Shown: positions 24,305 through 37,199, numbered from the stretch's first letter. The stretch: 64,000 nt of DNA from Malacoraja senta (GCA_038087875.1 CM075993.1:6202001-6266000); one strand, 5' to 3'. The notes: generated from the letters alone by a model not told the origin. Numbers and translations: made by a program.

Positions 24305-24880
24305 ATTAGACAATAGACAATAGACAATAGGTGCAGGAGTAGGCCATTCGGCCCTTCGAGCCCTTCGTGGCAGCACCGCCATTCAATGTGATCATGGCTG
24401 TTCATCCCCAATCAGTACCCCGTTCCTGCCTTCTCCCCATATCCCCTGACTCCGCTATTTTTAAGAGCCCTATCTAGCTCTCTCTTGAAAGTATCCAGAG
24501 AACTGGCCTCCACCACCCTCTGAGGCAGAGAATTCCACAGACTCACAACTCTCTGTGTGAAAAAGTGTTTCCTCGTCTCCGTTCTAAATGGCTTACCCCT
24601 AATTCTTAAACTGTGGCCCCTGGTTCTGGTCTCCCCCAACATCGGGAACATGTTTCCTGCCTCTAGCGTGTCCAAACCCTCAATAATCTTATGTGTTTCA
24701 ATAAGATTCCCTCTCATCCTTCTAAACTCCAGAGTGTACAAGCCCAGCTGCTCCATTCTCTCAGCATATGACAGTCCCGCCATCCCGGGAATTAACCTTG
24801 TAAACCTACGCTGCACTCCTTCAATAGCAAGAATGTCCTTCCTCAAACTAGGGGTCCAAAACTGCACACAATACTCCAGG
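24305..24880 (-). mobile_element. CR1 LINE 3' fragment
   Basis: LEYCVQFWTPSLRKDILAIEGVQRRFTRLIPG..GYGEKAGTGY*; (CTATTGT)n tail. Confidence 0.93.
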
Positions 24881-25415
24881 TTCTTGTATGGTTCTTTTGA
24901 GTTCTTTGCTAAAAGGTGAACTAACGCTCGCTCCTCAGCTGAGCGGAGAGGGCTCTGTAGATCTGATATTCTGACTGCTTTCCTTTCTCTCGCCAATATC
25001 AGTTCGTTGAAACACAGCTTTTAAGTGGAGCGAACTGTTCATTTGTATCAATGCAACCTTTCCCATTTAGACCGGCCTCGAGCTCTCTGCAGTATTTTCG
25101 GCCTTGGTAGATGAAATATTAAATACAATAAATAGCAATTTTATGTCTCGTTCCGGAGCTCGCTGCTAAATATTTTAAAAGGTGCCCTGTCTCTCCAGAT
25201 GTGCGTAATCGGTCTTGACGAACCAACAAAAAAAATCCCGGTCCGTGTAAATGAAACAGTTCCGCACTTCGCATTCATTTTAATTTACGCGAATCTTTAA
25301 AGGAAAAATAATGCAATATTATGGTTGCGGTCTTCAGATAACTTCCTGTTGTGTTTTCGAAGTTGACAACTTAAAAGGAAAGTGACTTTACGAGCTTTGG
25401 CGTAAGCAGTTTGCG

Positions 25416-25795
25416 TTTAAGAAGGAACTGCAGATGCTGGAAAATCGAAGGTAGACAACAGTGCTGGAGAAACTCAGCGGGTGCAGCAGCATCTATGGAG
25501 GGAAGGAAATAGGCAACGTTTCGGGCCGAAACCCTGAAGGAAATAGGCAACGTTTCGGGACGAAACCCTGAAGGAAATAGGCAACGTTTCGAGATGAAAC
25601 CCTGAAGGAAATAGGCAACGTTTCGGGACGAAACCCTGAAGGAAATAGGCAACGTTTCGGGACGAAACCCGGAAGGAAATAGGCAACGTTTCGGGACGAA
25701 ACCCGGAAGGGTTTCGGCCCGAAACGTTGCCTATTTCCTTCGCTCCATAGATGCTGCTGCACCCGCTGAGTTTCTCCAGCACTTTTTTCTACCTG
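25416..25795. mobile_element. PLE family B inverted pair with six 34-bp tandem repeats at the junction (25502-25705)
   Basis: Unit GAAGGAAATAGGCAACGTTTCGGG(C/A)CGAAACCC(T/G). Confidence 0.88.
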
Positions 25796-26128
25796 CACTT
25801 CCATTTGCATTTACCTGCCAGAGGAGGTAGCCGAGGCAGTTACTGTGGCGACATTTCAAAGACATTCAGACAGGAAAGGTTTAGAGGGATATTTGGCCAA
25901 ACGCAGGCAGGTGGGACAAGCATAAACGGGGCATCTTGGTCGGCATGGGCAAGTCGGGCCGAAGGGCCTGTTTCCGCGCTGCATGATTCTATACAAAGGT
26001 AGGAATCATAAATTACATTTAAGGCGCCTCACAGCGCCAGAGACCCAGGTTCGATCTTGACTACGGGCGCTGTCTGTGCGGAGTTCGCCCGTTCTCCGAT
26101 CGCCCCGTACACTAGCGCTATCCCACAC

Positions 26129-26989
26129 ACAATACAATACAATACAATTTATTCGTCTTTTGGACAAATTTGTCATTTGGACCCCTTGAGGTCCAAACGA
26201 AATATCGTTTCTGCAGCCATACATTACAAAACGAAGAAGACCCGAGACACAACACAATTTACACATACATCCATCACAGCGCTGTGATGGAAGACAAAAA
26301 AACGTATCTCTCCTCTGCACTCCCCCCCCCCCCGATGTCAGAGTCAAAGTCAAAGCCCCCGGCGGGCGATGGTGATTATCCCGCGGCCATTAAAGCCACG
26401 CCGGGTGATGCAAGGTCGCGCACCGGGTCTTGGTGTTAGAGCCCCGGCGCGCGCTCGCAAAGTCCGGCGGCCATTCCAAGTCGCGCGGGGGGATAAAGCC
26501 CCGCTCCAGGTGCTCTTCAACCCCGCAACTCGGGCGGGAGAAGTCGCCACTGCGGAAGCCCCGAAAAGCGGTCTCCCACCAGGGGACCCCGCGGGCTTCC
26601 GGTGTTGCCGTCCGCCAGACCCGCGGTTGTAGCCTCCGAATCTCCGGGGGTCGGGTCGCAGCAGCGATTGTCTCCACCACAGCTCCACCCGCTCCGGACT
26701 CGGCCAGCCCCGCGACGGTGAGCAGTCCGCAGCTCCGCAACTGGAGCCCCAGGTCGTTCCTGCTGGAGGCCGCTCCACGTTGCCCAGCCCCAACGACAAT
26801 GGAGACCCGACAAAGAAAAGGTCGGGTCTCCCGTGCAGGGGGAAAGATTTTAAAGCCCCCCCCCCCCACCCCCACCCCCCCACACACATACCCCGACAAA
26901 AAAATAATAAAAAACTACATAAAAACGAGACAAAAATAATAAAAAGACAGACGGACTGCAGAGGCCGCTGCAGACGAGAGTCGCGCCGC
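26129..26989 (-). mobile_element. GC-rich non-coding retroelement with Rex/L2-type 3' tail, inserted in a V-SINE
   Basis: AATAAA plus (TTGTA)n tail at the left end; hairpins at 26271-26290 and 26801-26831; related to 59041-59613 and 50080-50925. Confidence 0.65.
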
Positions 26990-26999
26990 CCACAAGAGG

Positions 27000-27471
27000 C
27001 AAGTTACAATTTTTACTGAAGCCAATTAACCTACAATCCCCGCACGTCCGAAATGTGGGAGGAAACCGGAGCACCCGGAGAAAACCCGCGCGGTCACAGG
27101 GAGAACGTACAAACTCTGTACAGACAAGCACCTGTGGTCAGGTTCGAACCTGGGGTCTCTGGCGCTGTGAGGCAGCAACTCTACCGCTGCTCCACCGGAG
27201 TTGCAACCGTACAGCGCCAGAGATCCGGGTTCGATCCCGACTGCGGGTGCTGTCCGTACGGAATTTGTGCGTTCTCCCCGTGACCGCGTGGGTTTTCTCC
27301 GGGTGCTCCGGTTTCCTCCCGCATTCCAAAGACGTACAGGTTTGCAGGTTAATTGGTTTCTATATATTGTTCTGAGTGTGTAGGATAGAACTAGTGTATG
27401 GGTGATCATTGGTCGGCACGGACTCAGTGGGCCGAAGGGCCTGTATCTCAAACTAAACTAAACTAAACTAA
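27000..27471. mobile_element. Two V-SINEs head to head (minus ~27000-27195, plus ~27205-27471)
   Basis: Opposed B-boxes and V-domains; (TAAAC)n tail at 27451-27471. Confidence 0.85.
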
Positions 27472-27779
27472 ATAGTGCCTTACTTTTCATATCTTTGAAA
27501 GCTTTTGTCAAGTTAAGATCCTGCTGTAGATAGGGTCCTCAACAACTTGATGGGACGCCTTTAATAACTGAAAACATATAGTTAGCAAAGATGTAAAGAT
27601 TTTAATGAGGGTGCAATGAGTAAAAGGGTCAGTATGAGGCCGGGGTGACTTTAGCCATGAAGATACCCCCCAAAAACAAATGAAAGAATTAAAATATGGG
27701 AATAGTGATGGATGGGTATAAATGATAGTAGTGTGCACTAGTTGGGCCAAAGGGCCTCTTTCCCAATTGAATCTCTCTA

Positions 27780-28466
27780 TATGGCAGCTGGTAGAGCTGC
27801 TGCCTCACAGCTCCAGAGACCCGGGTTCGATCCTGACCTCGGGTGCTGTCTGTGTGTGTGGAGTTTGCACGTTCTCCCTGTGACTGTGTGGGTTTCCACC
27901 AGGTGCTCTGGTTTCCTCCCACATCCCAAGGACGTGCGGGTCTGTAGGTTCATTGGCCCGCTGTAAGTTGCCCCTAGTGTGTAGAGAGTGGATGTGTAAA
28001 TGGGATCAGATAGGGCTGCTGTGAACATCTGAACAAAGGTCAGTGTGGATTGTTGGTCCCAAGGGCCTGTTTCAATGCTGTATTTCTAAATTATATGAAA
28101 CTAAAATGAATTTAATGAAGATACTAGGGACTGAATTGAGACAATGGAGGTTGTGAAGGGATTTAGTTTAGTTTAGTTAACGGTACAGCGCAGAAACAGG
28201 CCCATCGGATCCACACCGACCAGCGATCCCCACGCATTAACACGATCCCACACACACGAGGGACAATTATCATTTACACCAAGCCAATTAACCTACAAAC
28301 CTGTACGTCTTTGGAGTGTGGGAGGAAACCGAAGATCTCAGAGAAAACCCACGCAGGTCACGGGGAGAACGTGCAAACTCCGTACAGACAGCGCCCGTAG
28401 TCGGGATCGAACCCGGGTCTCTGGCGCTGTAAGGCAGCAACTCTACCGCTGCGCCACCGTGCTGCC
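27780..28466. mobile_element. Two V-SINEs tail to tail (plus 27780-28100, minus 28161-28466)
   Basis: Both match the consensus. Confidence 0.85.
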
Positions 28467-29270
28467 TTTGATCTGATAGGTATCGAGAGGAGTATATACG
28501 GAGGAGTTAGCGAGGAATTATTCCCGTGGCTGATGGAATCAAGAACTAGGGGATGTAGCTTTGAAGGATTTGGCAAAAGAATCAAAGGCAACGTTGGAAA
28601 GACGTTTTTTTTTCCGATGCATTTGGTGATTAGGGTTTGGAACAGATGGCCAGCGAGGAGCAGAAATGGAAACAATTAATTCAAAAGTATGTATCAGAAA
28701 GGTAAGGATTTGCAGGGCTTCGGTGAGTGGGTGGAAGAGTGGGGTTGGCTGGATTGGTCTTGCATAGAGATAGTATGGATTCAACGGGCCGAACGTCCTT
28801 CTACTCTGTGACTTGAACACTCTTCGAGTCTTCATTTGAGTCTGAAGAAGGGTCCCGCCGAGTTACTCCAGCATTTTGTGTCTATCTTCACCCTGGTAGT
28901 TCAAACAAGGACCAAATCCAAATACAAAGAACCCTTTTGTTCCTGCCCGTACATAATAACTATTTTTTCTTGCCTCATCCTTTGACTTGTGCTTGCTCTG
29001 TAATGAATGCTGTGTGTTCTGAGGCCCTTTCGTCGAGTCATAGAGCGATACAATGTGGAAACAGGCCCTTCGGCCCAACTTGCCCACACTGACCAACATG
29101 CCCCAGCCACACTAGTCCCACCAGCCCGCATTGGGCCCACATCCCTCCAAACCTGCCCTATCCATGTACCTAACTGTTTCTTAAACATTGGGATAGTCCC
29201 TGCCTCAACTACCTCCTCCGGCAGCTCATTCCACGCACCAAGTGAAAAAGTTACCCCTCAGATTCCTATT

Positions 29271-29550
29271 GTTTAAGAAAGAACTGCAGATGCTGGAAAA
29301 ATCGAAGGTAGACAAAAATGCTGGAGAAACTCAGCGGGAGCAGCAGCATCTATGGAGCGAAGGAAATAGGCAACGTTTCAGCCCGAAACCCTTCCGGGTT
29401 TCGGCCCGAAACGTTGCCTATTTCCTTCAGGGCTGCCTCACCCGCTGAGTTTCTCCAGCATTTTTGTCTACCTTCGATTTTTCCAGCATCTGCAGTTCTT
29501 AGATCATAGATGCTGCCTCACCCGCTGAGTTTCTCCAGCATTTTTGTCTA
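29271..29550. mobile_element. PLE family B three-arm composite inserted in a CR1 3' fragment
   Basis: 15-bp TSD CCTCAGATTCCTATT at 29256-29270 and 29551-29565; one inverted arm and two forward arms. Confidence 0.87.
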
Positions 29551-30189
29551 CCTCAGATTCCTATTAAATCTTTTCCCCTTCGCATTAAGCCTACTGTTTG
29601 TCCTCTGGGTCCACGACTCTCCTACTCTGGGCAAGAGACTCTGTGTATCTACCCGATCCAGTCCTCTCATAATTTTACACTGGGATCTCTTCCATCGGAG
29701 CATTGCGCTCGGAGAAGAAAGGTCTCGGCGAGTTCAGATCCTGCCGCTGATAGGAACTCCGGAGACGGAGTGCGATTGTTTGGAAATCTCCCCCTGCCAA
29801 CAGGCCTGGATCCCTGCCGCTCCACAACTGATAACATAGCCGGAATTTTTCTCTGGAAGAGACACGGGATCAACAAACTACGAAATGCCGTTCAATGCCA
29901 ATTTTATCCAGCGTGTTTCTGCCTTTTATAGCTATTTAACCAGAGCCAAGCATCACTCATTTTACCAAGCTGGTCCGTGATGTTAAACAGGCTGTAACGC
30001 TTGGGGAACGACACAGGGAGAAGGAGAGCTTGTCTGGGGGGAGGGGGGCTCCTGAGAACAACGAAAGCACCCGGCGAAGGGGGGGGGGGGGGGGGTGGGG
30101 AGGGAGGGTGTCGAAAACAAAGAGGGACCTTCGAGATTCTTATGTGCACTCTGTAACCTCGTAGCTAATTAACCTGCAAACCTGTAAGT

Positions 30190-30561
30190 CAAGATTGTTA
30201 AGGGCTTGGACACACTAGAGGCAGGAAACATGTTCCTGATGTCAGGGGGAGCCCAGAACCAGGGGCCACAGTTTAAGAATAAGGAGTAAGCCATTTAGAA
30301 CGGAGACGAGGAAACACTTTTTCTCACAGAGAGTGGTGAGTCTGTGGAATTCTCTGCCTCAGAGGGCGGTGGAGGCGGGTACTCTGGATGCTTTCAAGAG
30401 AGAGCTAGATAGGGCTCTTAAAAATAGCGGAGTCAGGGGATATGGGGAGAAGGCAGGAACGGGGTACTGATTGGGGATGATCAGCCATGATCACATTGAA
30501 TGGCGGTGCTGGCTCGAAGGGCCAAATGGCCTACTCCTGCACCTATTGTCTATTGTCTATT
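30190..30561 (+). mobile_element. CR1 3' fragment inserted in a minus-strand V-SINE (~30165-30720)
   Basis: GLDTLEAGNMF..LWNSLP remnant; CTATTGT tail. Confidence 0.87.
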
Positions 30562-30966
30562 GGAGTGTCGGAGGAAACCGGGTTCCGGGAGAAAACCCAC
30601 GCAGGTCACGGGGAGAAGAACGTGCAAACTCTGAAGAGACAGCACCTGTAGTCAGGATCGAATCCGGAGTCTCTGGCGCTGTGAGGCAGCAGCTCTACTG
30701 CTGCTCCACCGTGCCGCCCTTGCTGTTTGATATTTCCACCCTGGGTACAAAAGGTTCTGACCGCTTATCCCGGTTACGCCTCTCATCGTTTTGCTACACT
30801 TCGCTCCTCGACCTCCGGCGATCCAGGGAAAGTCAGAGCAGAGGTCAAGGGCAGTTGTCACCTGTTCGCAGAGGTCACAGAGTTCACGAAGGGGGCAACT
30901 CTGGTGGGGGGGGGGGGGGGGGGTGGGGGGGACGCATATCCTGGTGCTACCCGGGTCATCTCAGCC

Positions 30967-31498
30967 TAGGGTCGCCAACTTTCTCACTCCAAAAAAAAGG
31001 ACAAAAGGTCAAAATACGGGACAAATTCCCGACGGCAATTCGTTGACCGACTCGGCCGTGGCTGGGTGGGTGAACGATGAGTTGGCCCGGGTGCTGGACT
31101 ACACACAAAGCCCAGCCGGCGGGCCAGCTGAGGAGTTTTGACTTGGGCCGCGCGACGCCCAGCGCCCCGTCCAACCCATGAACCGATGATCGGCCGTGAG
31201 AAGGAGGGGTGGTGGTGGTGTGGGCGGTAAGCGAAGGTCCGAAGGTCGGACAGCTGGCCGGGCTGCCGACCGACCGACGGGGCCACGGGCGAGGCGCTGC
31301 TGCTGCTGCTGCACTCCATGGGCTGCACTACGTCGGGATGGGTGAGGCGGGGGCCGGACGCGGCGCTCCGACCCGACAGTCCCCCTCGACCCGAGTAGTA
31401 GCAGTCAAATACGGGACAAGGGCGGTCCCGTACGGGACAAACCAATTTAGTCCAATATACGGGATGTCCCGGCTAATACGGGACAGTTGGCAACCCTA
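30967..31498. mobile_element. hAT (Blackjack-like) non-autonomous DNA transposon
   Basis: TIRs TAGGGTCGCCAACT / AGTTGGCAACCCTA; repeated subterminal TACGGGACA motifs; TSD not clean. Confidence 0.75.
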
Positions 31499-32029
31499 AC
31501 CCCCAACCCTCTGGTCACCAACGTCCACCCTCATGGTGTATCACCTTCACAGGGAACCCTCCATTCTCTGACTGGGTCACTTCTGACTCCAGCCTCTTTG
31601 CCTAATTTTACTTTGCATTTATTAAACAAAAATGTTTGACCACATTTCAGTTTTTAACAAAAGTTTAACGCACCAGTAACTTTCCCCACTGCAGTAACTT
31701 GGAGGTTGGACTGTGGTTTGGTGAAAGGGAAGTCGTCTATGCGTGGGGCTGTGATCACTGATGCATACGTGTACTTACTGGAGTCTAGAGTTTACAGATA
31801 CAGCCTGGAAACAGGCCCCTTCGGCCCACCGAGTCCATGCCCAACAACGATTCTCGCACACCAACGCTATTCCACACCCACTGGGGACAATTTACAATCA
31901 CACCAAGCCAATTAACCCACAAACCTGTAGAGCTTTGGAGTGTGGGAGGAAACCGGAGATCCCGGAGAAAATCCACGCAGGTCACGGGGAGAACGTACAA
32001 AGTCAGGATCCAATAGACAATAGACAATA

Positions 32030-32310
32030 GACAACAGGTGCAGGAGTAGGCCATTTGGCCCTTCGAGCCAGCACCGCCATTCAATGATCATCCCCAATCA
32101 GTACCCCGTCCCCATATCCCCTGACTCCGCTATTTTTAAGAGCCCTATCTAGCTCTCTCTTGAAAGCATCCAGAGAACCTTCCTCCACCGCCCTCTGAGG
32201 CAGAGAATTCCACAGACCCACCACTCTCTGTGAGAAAAAGTGTTTCCTCGTCTCTGTTCTAAATGGCTTACCCCTTATTCTTAAACTGTGGCCCCTAGTT
32301 CTGGACTCCC
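32030..32310 (-). mobile_element. CR1 3' fragment between V-SINE pieces
   Basis: (CAATAGA)n tail and CR1 3' UTR on the minus strand. Confidence 0.85.
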
Positions 32311-32968
32311 CCTATCCGGGTGCTCCGGTTTCCTCCCACATCCCACAAGATGTGCTGGTGTTGTAGGCGAATTGGCCCTCTGTAAATTGTGTAGGATAGG
32401 ACAAGTGTTTGTTGGTGAACATGGACCCGGCGGGCCGAAGGGCCTGTTTCCACGCGACATCACGAAACTGAACTAATCGAAACTAAAACCAAACGATCCC
32501 GCCTCATATTAAACCATTCACCGTGAAAATTAGATGATCATAACTGGCATTTTATCTTCGAACACGAAGTTCTGGAGTAACTCAGTAGGTCAGGCAGCAT
32601 CTCTGGATTGTTTGCCATGTGGACAGATGCCGTTTCAGGACGTCATGCTTGGGGATCATGACAGATTCCTCCTCGTGGCGATCCCTGGAAGCGACGGCGC
32701 GATGCACTCTGTGACGCGTCGGGTGACAATTCTGACAACATGTTGGACGACGGCAGAAACCAACAGCGAGCGACATCGTCAGTCACACGAGCGAACGAAC
32801 GAAGGACTTCATGCTGAATCTCTCTGGATATAAACTACAATTAAAATAGGATGGATGCTTAATCACACAGGATCCTTCTTCAGACCGATTGTCGTAGCAG
32901 GGGGAAGCTGGAAAAGGCTTTGCCAGTCTTTGTCTCCCTCCCCACCACCCCCAATATCTTTCTCCCCC

Positions 32969-33728
32969 CATGGTGGCCGACTAGGAAAAGGGGAGATGCA
33001 GCGAGACCTGGGTGTCATGGTACACCAGTCATTGAAAGTAGGCATGCAGGTGCAACAGGCAGTGAAGAAAGCGAATGGTATGTTAGCTTTCATAGCAAAA
33101 GGATTTGAGTATAGGAGCAGGGAGGTTCTACTGCAGTTGTACAGGGTCTTGGTGAGACCACACCTGGAGTATTGCGTACAATGTTGGTCTCCAAATCTGA
33201 GGAAGGACATTATTGCCATAGAGGGAGTGCAGAGAAGGTTCACCAGACTGATTCCTGGGATGTCAGGACTGTCTTATGAAGAAAGACTGGATAGACTTGG
33301 CTTATACTCTCTAGAATTTAGGAGATTGAGAGGGGATCTTATAGAAACTTACAAAATTCTTAAGGGGCTGGACAGGCTAGATGCAGGAGATTGTTCCCGA
33401 TGTTGGGGAAGTCCAGGACAAGGGGTCACAGCTTAAGGATAAGGGGGAAATCCTTTAAAACCGAGATGAGAAGAACTTTTTTCACACAGAGAGTGGTGAA
33501 TCTCTGGAATTCTCTGCCACAGAGGGTAGTCGAGGCCAGTTCATTGGCTATATTTAAGATGGAGTTAGATGTGGCCCTTGTGGCTAAAGGGATCAGAGGG
33601 TATGGAGAGAAGGCAGGTACGGGATACTGAGTTGGATGATCAGCCATGATCATATTGAATGGCGGTGCAGGCTTGAAGGGCCGAATGGCCTACTCCTGCA
33701 CCTAATTTCTATGTTTCTATGTTTCTAT
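32969..33728 (+). mobile_element. CR1 LINE, 5'-truncated
   Basis: ORFs 32855-33436 and 33391-33630 are CR1 ORF2 C-terminus with a frameshift; (TCTATGTT)n tail. Confidence 0.93.
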
Positions 33729-34062
33729 CCTACACCTAACGGCATTGAAGAGCAGGCTTGGATTTTGTGAACCAACTCCACATCAAAAGACAACCGGAAC
33801 ATTTAGACACACACTTTTGAGCGCACGTTAAAAAATGCCAGGCCTCAAAAAACCTACAAGCAGCACCATTAAAATTCCATTAAATTAATTGATCTCTTGT
33901 TCAGGCACAAGCCTTGCGTCGCTGGTCTGGATCCGAAATGTCACCCGTTCCTTCTCTCCAGAGATGCTGCCTGTCCCGCTGAGTTACTCCAGCTTTTTGT
34001 GTGTATCTACAAGAACATTCATTCGGATCCAGTGAGATGTTGATTACCGGTTTAGTACTTTA

Positions 34063-34360
34063 GCAGCGGTAGAGTTGCTGCCTTTACAGCGCCAGAGACC
34101 CGGGTTCGATCCTGACTGCGGGTGCTGTCTGTATGGAGTTTGTCTGTTCTGCCCGTGACCGCGTGGGATTTCTCCGGGTGCTCCGGTTTCCTCCCACACT
34201 CCAAAGACGTGCGGGTTTGTAAGTTAATTGTCTTCCGTAAATTGCAAATTGGGCCTAGTGTGTAGGATAGTGCTGATGTACGGGGTGATCGCTGGTCGGC
34301 ACGGTCTTGGTTCGCCGTGTTTCCCTGTTTCCACACTGTGTGTCTAAAGTGTAAACTCTA
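34063..34360 (+). mobile_element. V-SINE
   Basis: Head, V-domain and tail. Confidence 0.85.
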
Positions 34361-34361
34361 A

Positions 34362-34934
34362 AGGGCCTGTCCCACTTGGGCGACCTAATCCGCGAGTTCT
34401 GGCGAGTTTGCCCTCGACTCATACTCGCAGCATGGTCGACACGAGGTCGTAGGAGGTCTTCGTAACTCTCCTTCATGCTCGAGAGTGGTCTCCGCATCCT
34501 TGAGGCCTCAGCTAGGTCGCGGCGTTTTTTTCAATATGTTTAAAAAATGCCCGCGAGTAAAAAAAGGTCGCCATGGAAAAAATTGAAACTTTTTTACTCA
34601 AAGGTTTAGTTCAAGTTCAAGAGAGTTTATTGTCATGTGTCCCTGATAGGACAATGAATTTCTTGCTTTGCTTCAGCACAACAGAATATAGTAGGCATTG
34701 ACTACAAATCGTAGTCGTAGTAGGTCGGCATGTTAGCCGTAGGTAATCGAGGGTAGTCGAAGGTAATCGAAGATAGTCTTCAACATGGTCGAAGGGAGGT
34801 CGAAGGAGGTCGTCTTCACTCTCCACTATTCGGTGTCTAATTTTCCCGAAGCTAGTCGTAGTTAGTATTCAACATGTCATTTTTTCAAACTCATCTAAAC
34901 TCGCCAATTAGGTCGCCCAAGTGGGACAGCCCCT
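34362..34934. mobile_element. PIF/Harbinger MITE with a nested LINE tail (~34609-34707)
   Basis: TAA TSD on both sides; TIR AGGGCCTGTCCCACTTGGGCGACCTAAT; same family as 47208-47713. Confidence 0.9.
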
Positions 34935-35008
34935 TAAATCCTAAAACGTCCGACTCAGATATGAGAGGGTTACCAAATGAAGAAAAATTAAATAAAGTCT
35001 CGGCAGAA

Positions 35009-35208
35009 NNNNNNNNNNNNNNNNNNNNNNNNNNNNNNNNNNNNNNNNNNNNNNNNNNNNNNNNNNNNNNNNNNNNNNNNNNNNNNNNNNNNNNNNNNNN
35101 NNNNNNNNNNNNNNNNNNNNNNNNNNNNNNNNNNNNNNNNNNNNNNNNNNNNNNNNNNNNNNNNNNNNNNNNNNNNNNNNNNNNNNNNNNNNNNNNNNNN
35201 NNNNNNNN
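35009..35208. other. Assembly gap (200 N)
   Basis: Run of N. Confidence 1.
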
Positions 35209-36170
35209 GCCCTAGCACCGCTATTCAATGTGATCATGGCTGATCATCCCCAATCAGTACCCGTTCCTGCCTTCTCCCCATATCCCTGACTCCGCTATCC
35301 TTAAGAGCCTATCTAGCTCTCTCTTGAAAGTATCCAGAGAACCTGCCTCCACCGCCCTCTGAGGCAGAGAATTCCACAGACTCACAACTCTCTGTGTGAA
35401 GAAGTGTTTCCTCGTCTCCGTTCTAAATGGCTTACTCCCTAATCTTAAACTGTGGCCCCTGGTTCTGGTCTCCCCAACATCGGGAACATGTTATATGTTT
35501 TAATAAGATAACCTCTCATCCTTCTAAACTCCAGAGTGTACAAGCCCAGCCGCTCTATTCTCTCAGCATATACAGAAAACGGTCAGACAGCATGTGTAGG
35601 AAGGAACTTCTCTCTTTGGTTCCTTTTTTGGATTAAGAGACACCTCCCGGCTCAATCTCCGCAACAATCTCGGAACAGCATGAATATTTGTGGAGGTCCC
35701 TTGCAAAGAGAACGATCCCAGGAATGAGTGGGTTAACCTATGGTGAGCGTTTGTCGGCACTGGGCCTGTACCCGCTGGAGTTCAGAAGAATGACTGGGGG
35801 ACCTCATTGAAACGTATCGAACAGTGAAAGGCCTGGATAGAGTGGATGTGGAGAGGATGTTTCCACTAGTGGGAGAGTCTAGGACTAGAGGTCATAGCCT
35901 TAGAATTAAAGGATGTTCTTTTATGAAGGAGATGAGGAGAAATTTCTTTAGTCAGAGGATGGTGAATCTGTGGAATTCTTTGCCACAGGCTGTGGAGGCC
36001 AAGTCAGTAGATATTTTTAAGGCAGATAGATTTTTGATTAGTACGGGTGTCAGGGGTTATGGAGAGAAGACAGGGGAATGGGGTTAGGAGGGAGAGATAG
36101 ATCAGCCATGATTGAATGGCGGAGTAGACTTGATGGGCCGAATGGCCTAATTCTACTCCTATCACTTATG
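35209..36170. mobile_element. Two CR1 3' fragments (minus 35209-35568, plus ~35710-36170)
   Basis: KGLDRVDVERMFPLVGESRTRGHSLRIKG..LWNSLP and CR1 UTR motifs. Confidence 0.85.
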
Positions 36171-36195
36171 CTGTTTGATTTACAACTTTCTGCAC

Positions 36196-36740
36196 CAGCG
36201 GTAGAGTTGCTGCCTGACAGCGCCAGAGACACGGGTTTAGACCAGTCCACGGGTGCTGTCTGTGCGGAGTTTGTACGTTCTCCCTGTGACCCCGTGGGTT
36301 TTCTCCGGGTGCTCCGGTTTCCTCCCACACTCCAAAGACGCACAGGTTTGTAGGTTAATTGGCTTGGTATCAATTGTAAATTGTCCCCAGTGTGTTTAGG
36401 GCAGTGTTAAGCCCCTGTCCCACTTGGCCGACCTTTTTTTACTCGTGGACATTTTTTAGCAGGTTGAAAAAACGCCGCGACCTGCTTGAGGCCACGAGTA
36501 CGCGGAGACCACTCACGAGCATGAGGGAGAGTTAACGAGGACCTCCCACGACCTCCTGCGACCTTGTGGCGACCAAGCTGCGAGTATGAGTCAAGGGCAA
36601 ACTCGGCAGAGGTCGCCAATTACGTGGTACAAGTGGGGACAGGCCGTTAATGTGTGGGGATCGCTAGTCGGTGTGGACTCGGTGGGCTAAAGGGCCTGTT
36701 CCCGCACTGTATCTCTAAACTAAACCAAACTAGACTAAAC
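36196..36740 (+). mobile_element. V-SINE interrupted by a Harbinger MITE (36410-36647)
   Basis: CCTGTCCCACTTG / CAAGTGGGGACAGG TIRs at a TTA in the SINE body. Confidence 0.85.
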
Positions 36741-37199
36741 TCCAGCACTAATATCTGTCTTTATATAAAAAACGGCACTTCAAAGAAAAAAATATTTCAG
36801 ATGACATTACTTTGAGAATATACCTGCGTATTAAGGTTGTTATCACTTAATGAGGTGTCGTCAAAGTGTTTGGTCTTTGCAACTCCATTTTCACGTCCAT
36901 TATTTATTTGAAGAAAAAGTAATTAAATAACAGAAAGCAGAAAGCATTTTTTTTTAATTTTGTAAAACTATTAATCAGTTGTGTCTTTTGCAAAGACACG
37001 TTCAGAATGGCTGACCTGATGTTCAAAATAATGTTGATAAAGCTCCTCCATCTCGAATAAATTAAACGGAGGCCCTCTCGGTTTCTCCCATCTATCACTT
37101 CATTCAAGAGTAATGTTGCTTTCACCACAGCGTTGAGTTTCAACTGGATAATTAGCCCTGCCTGGGGGAGCAAAGTTCAAATGCAAAGGGTGAGAGGTT

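Noticed and set aside
25502..25705. CRISPR array (34-bp palindromic repeats ending in GAAAC-like motifs)
   Set aside because: No spacers; the unit is PLE hammerhead sequence
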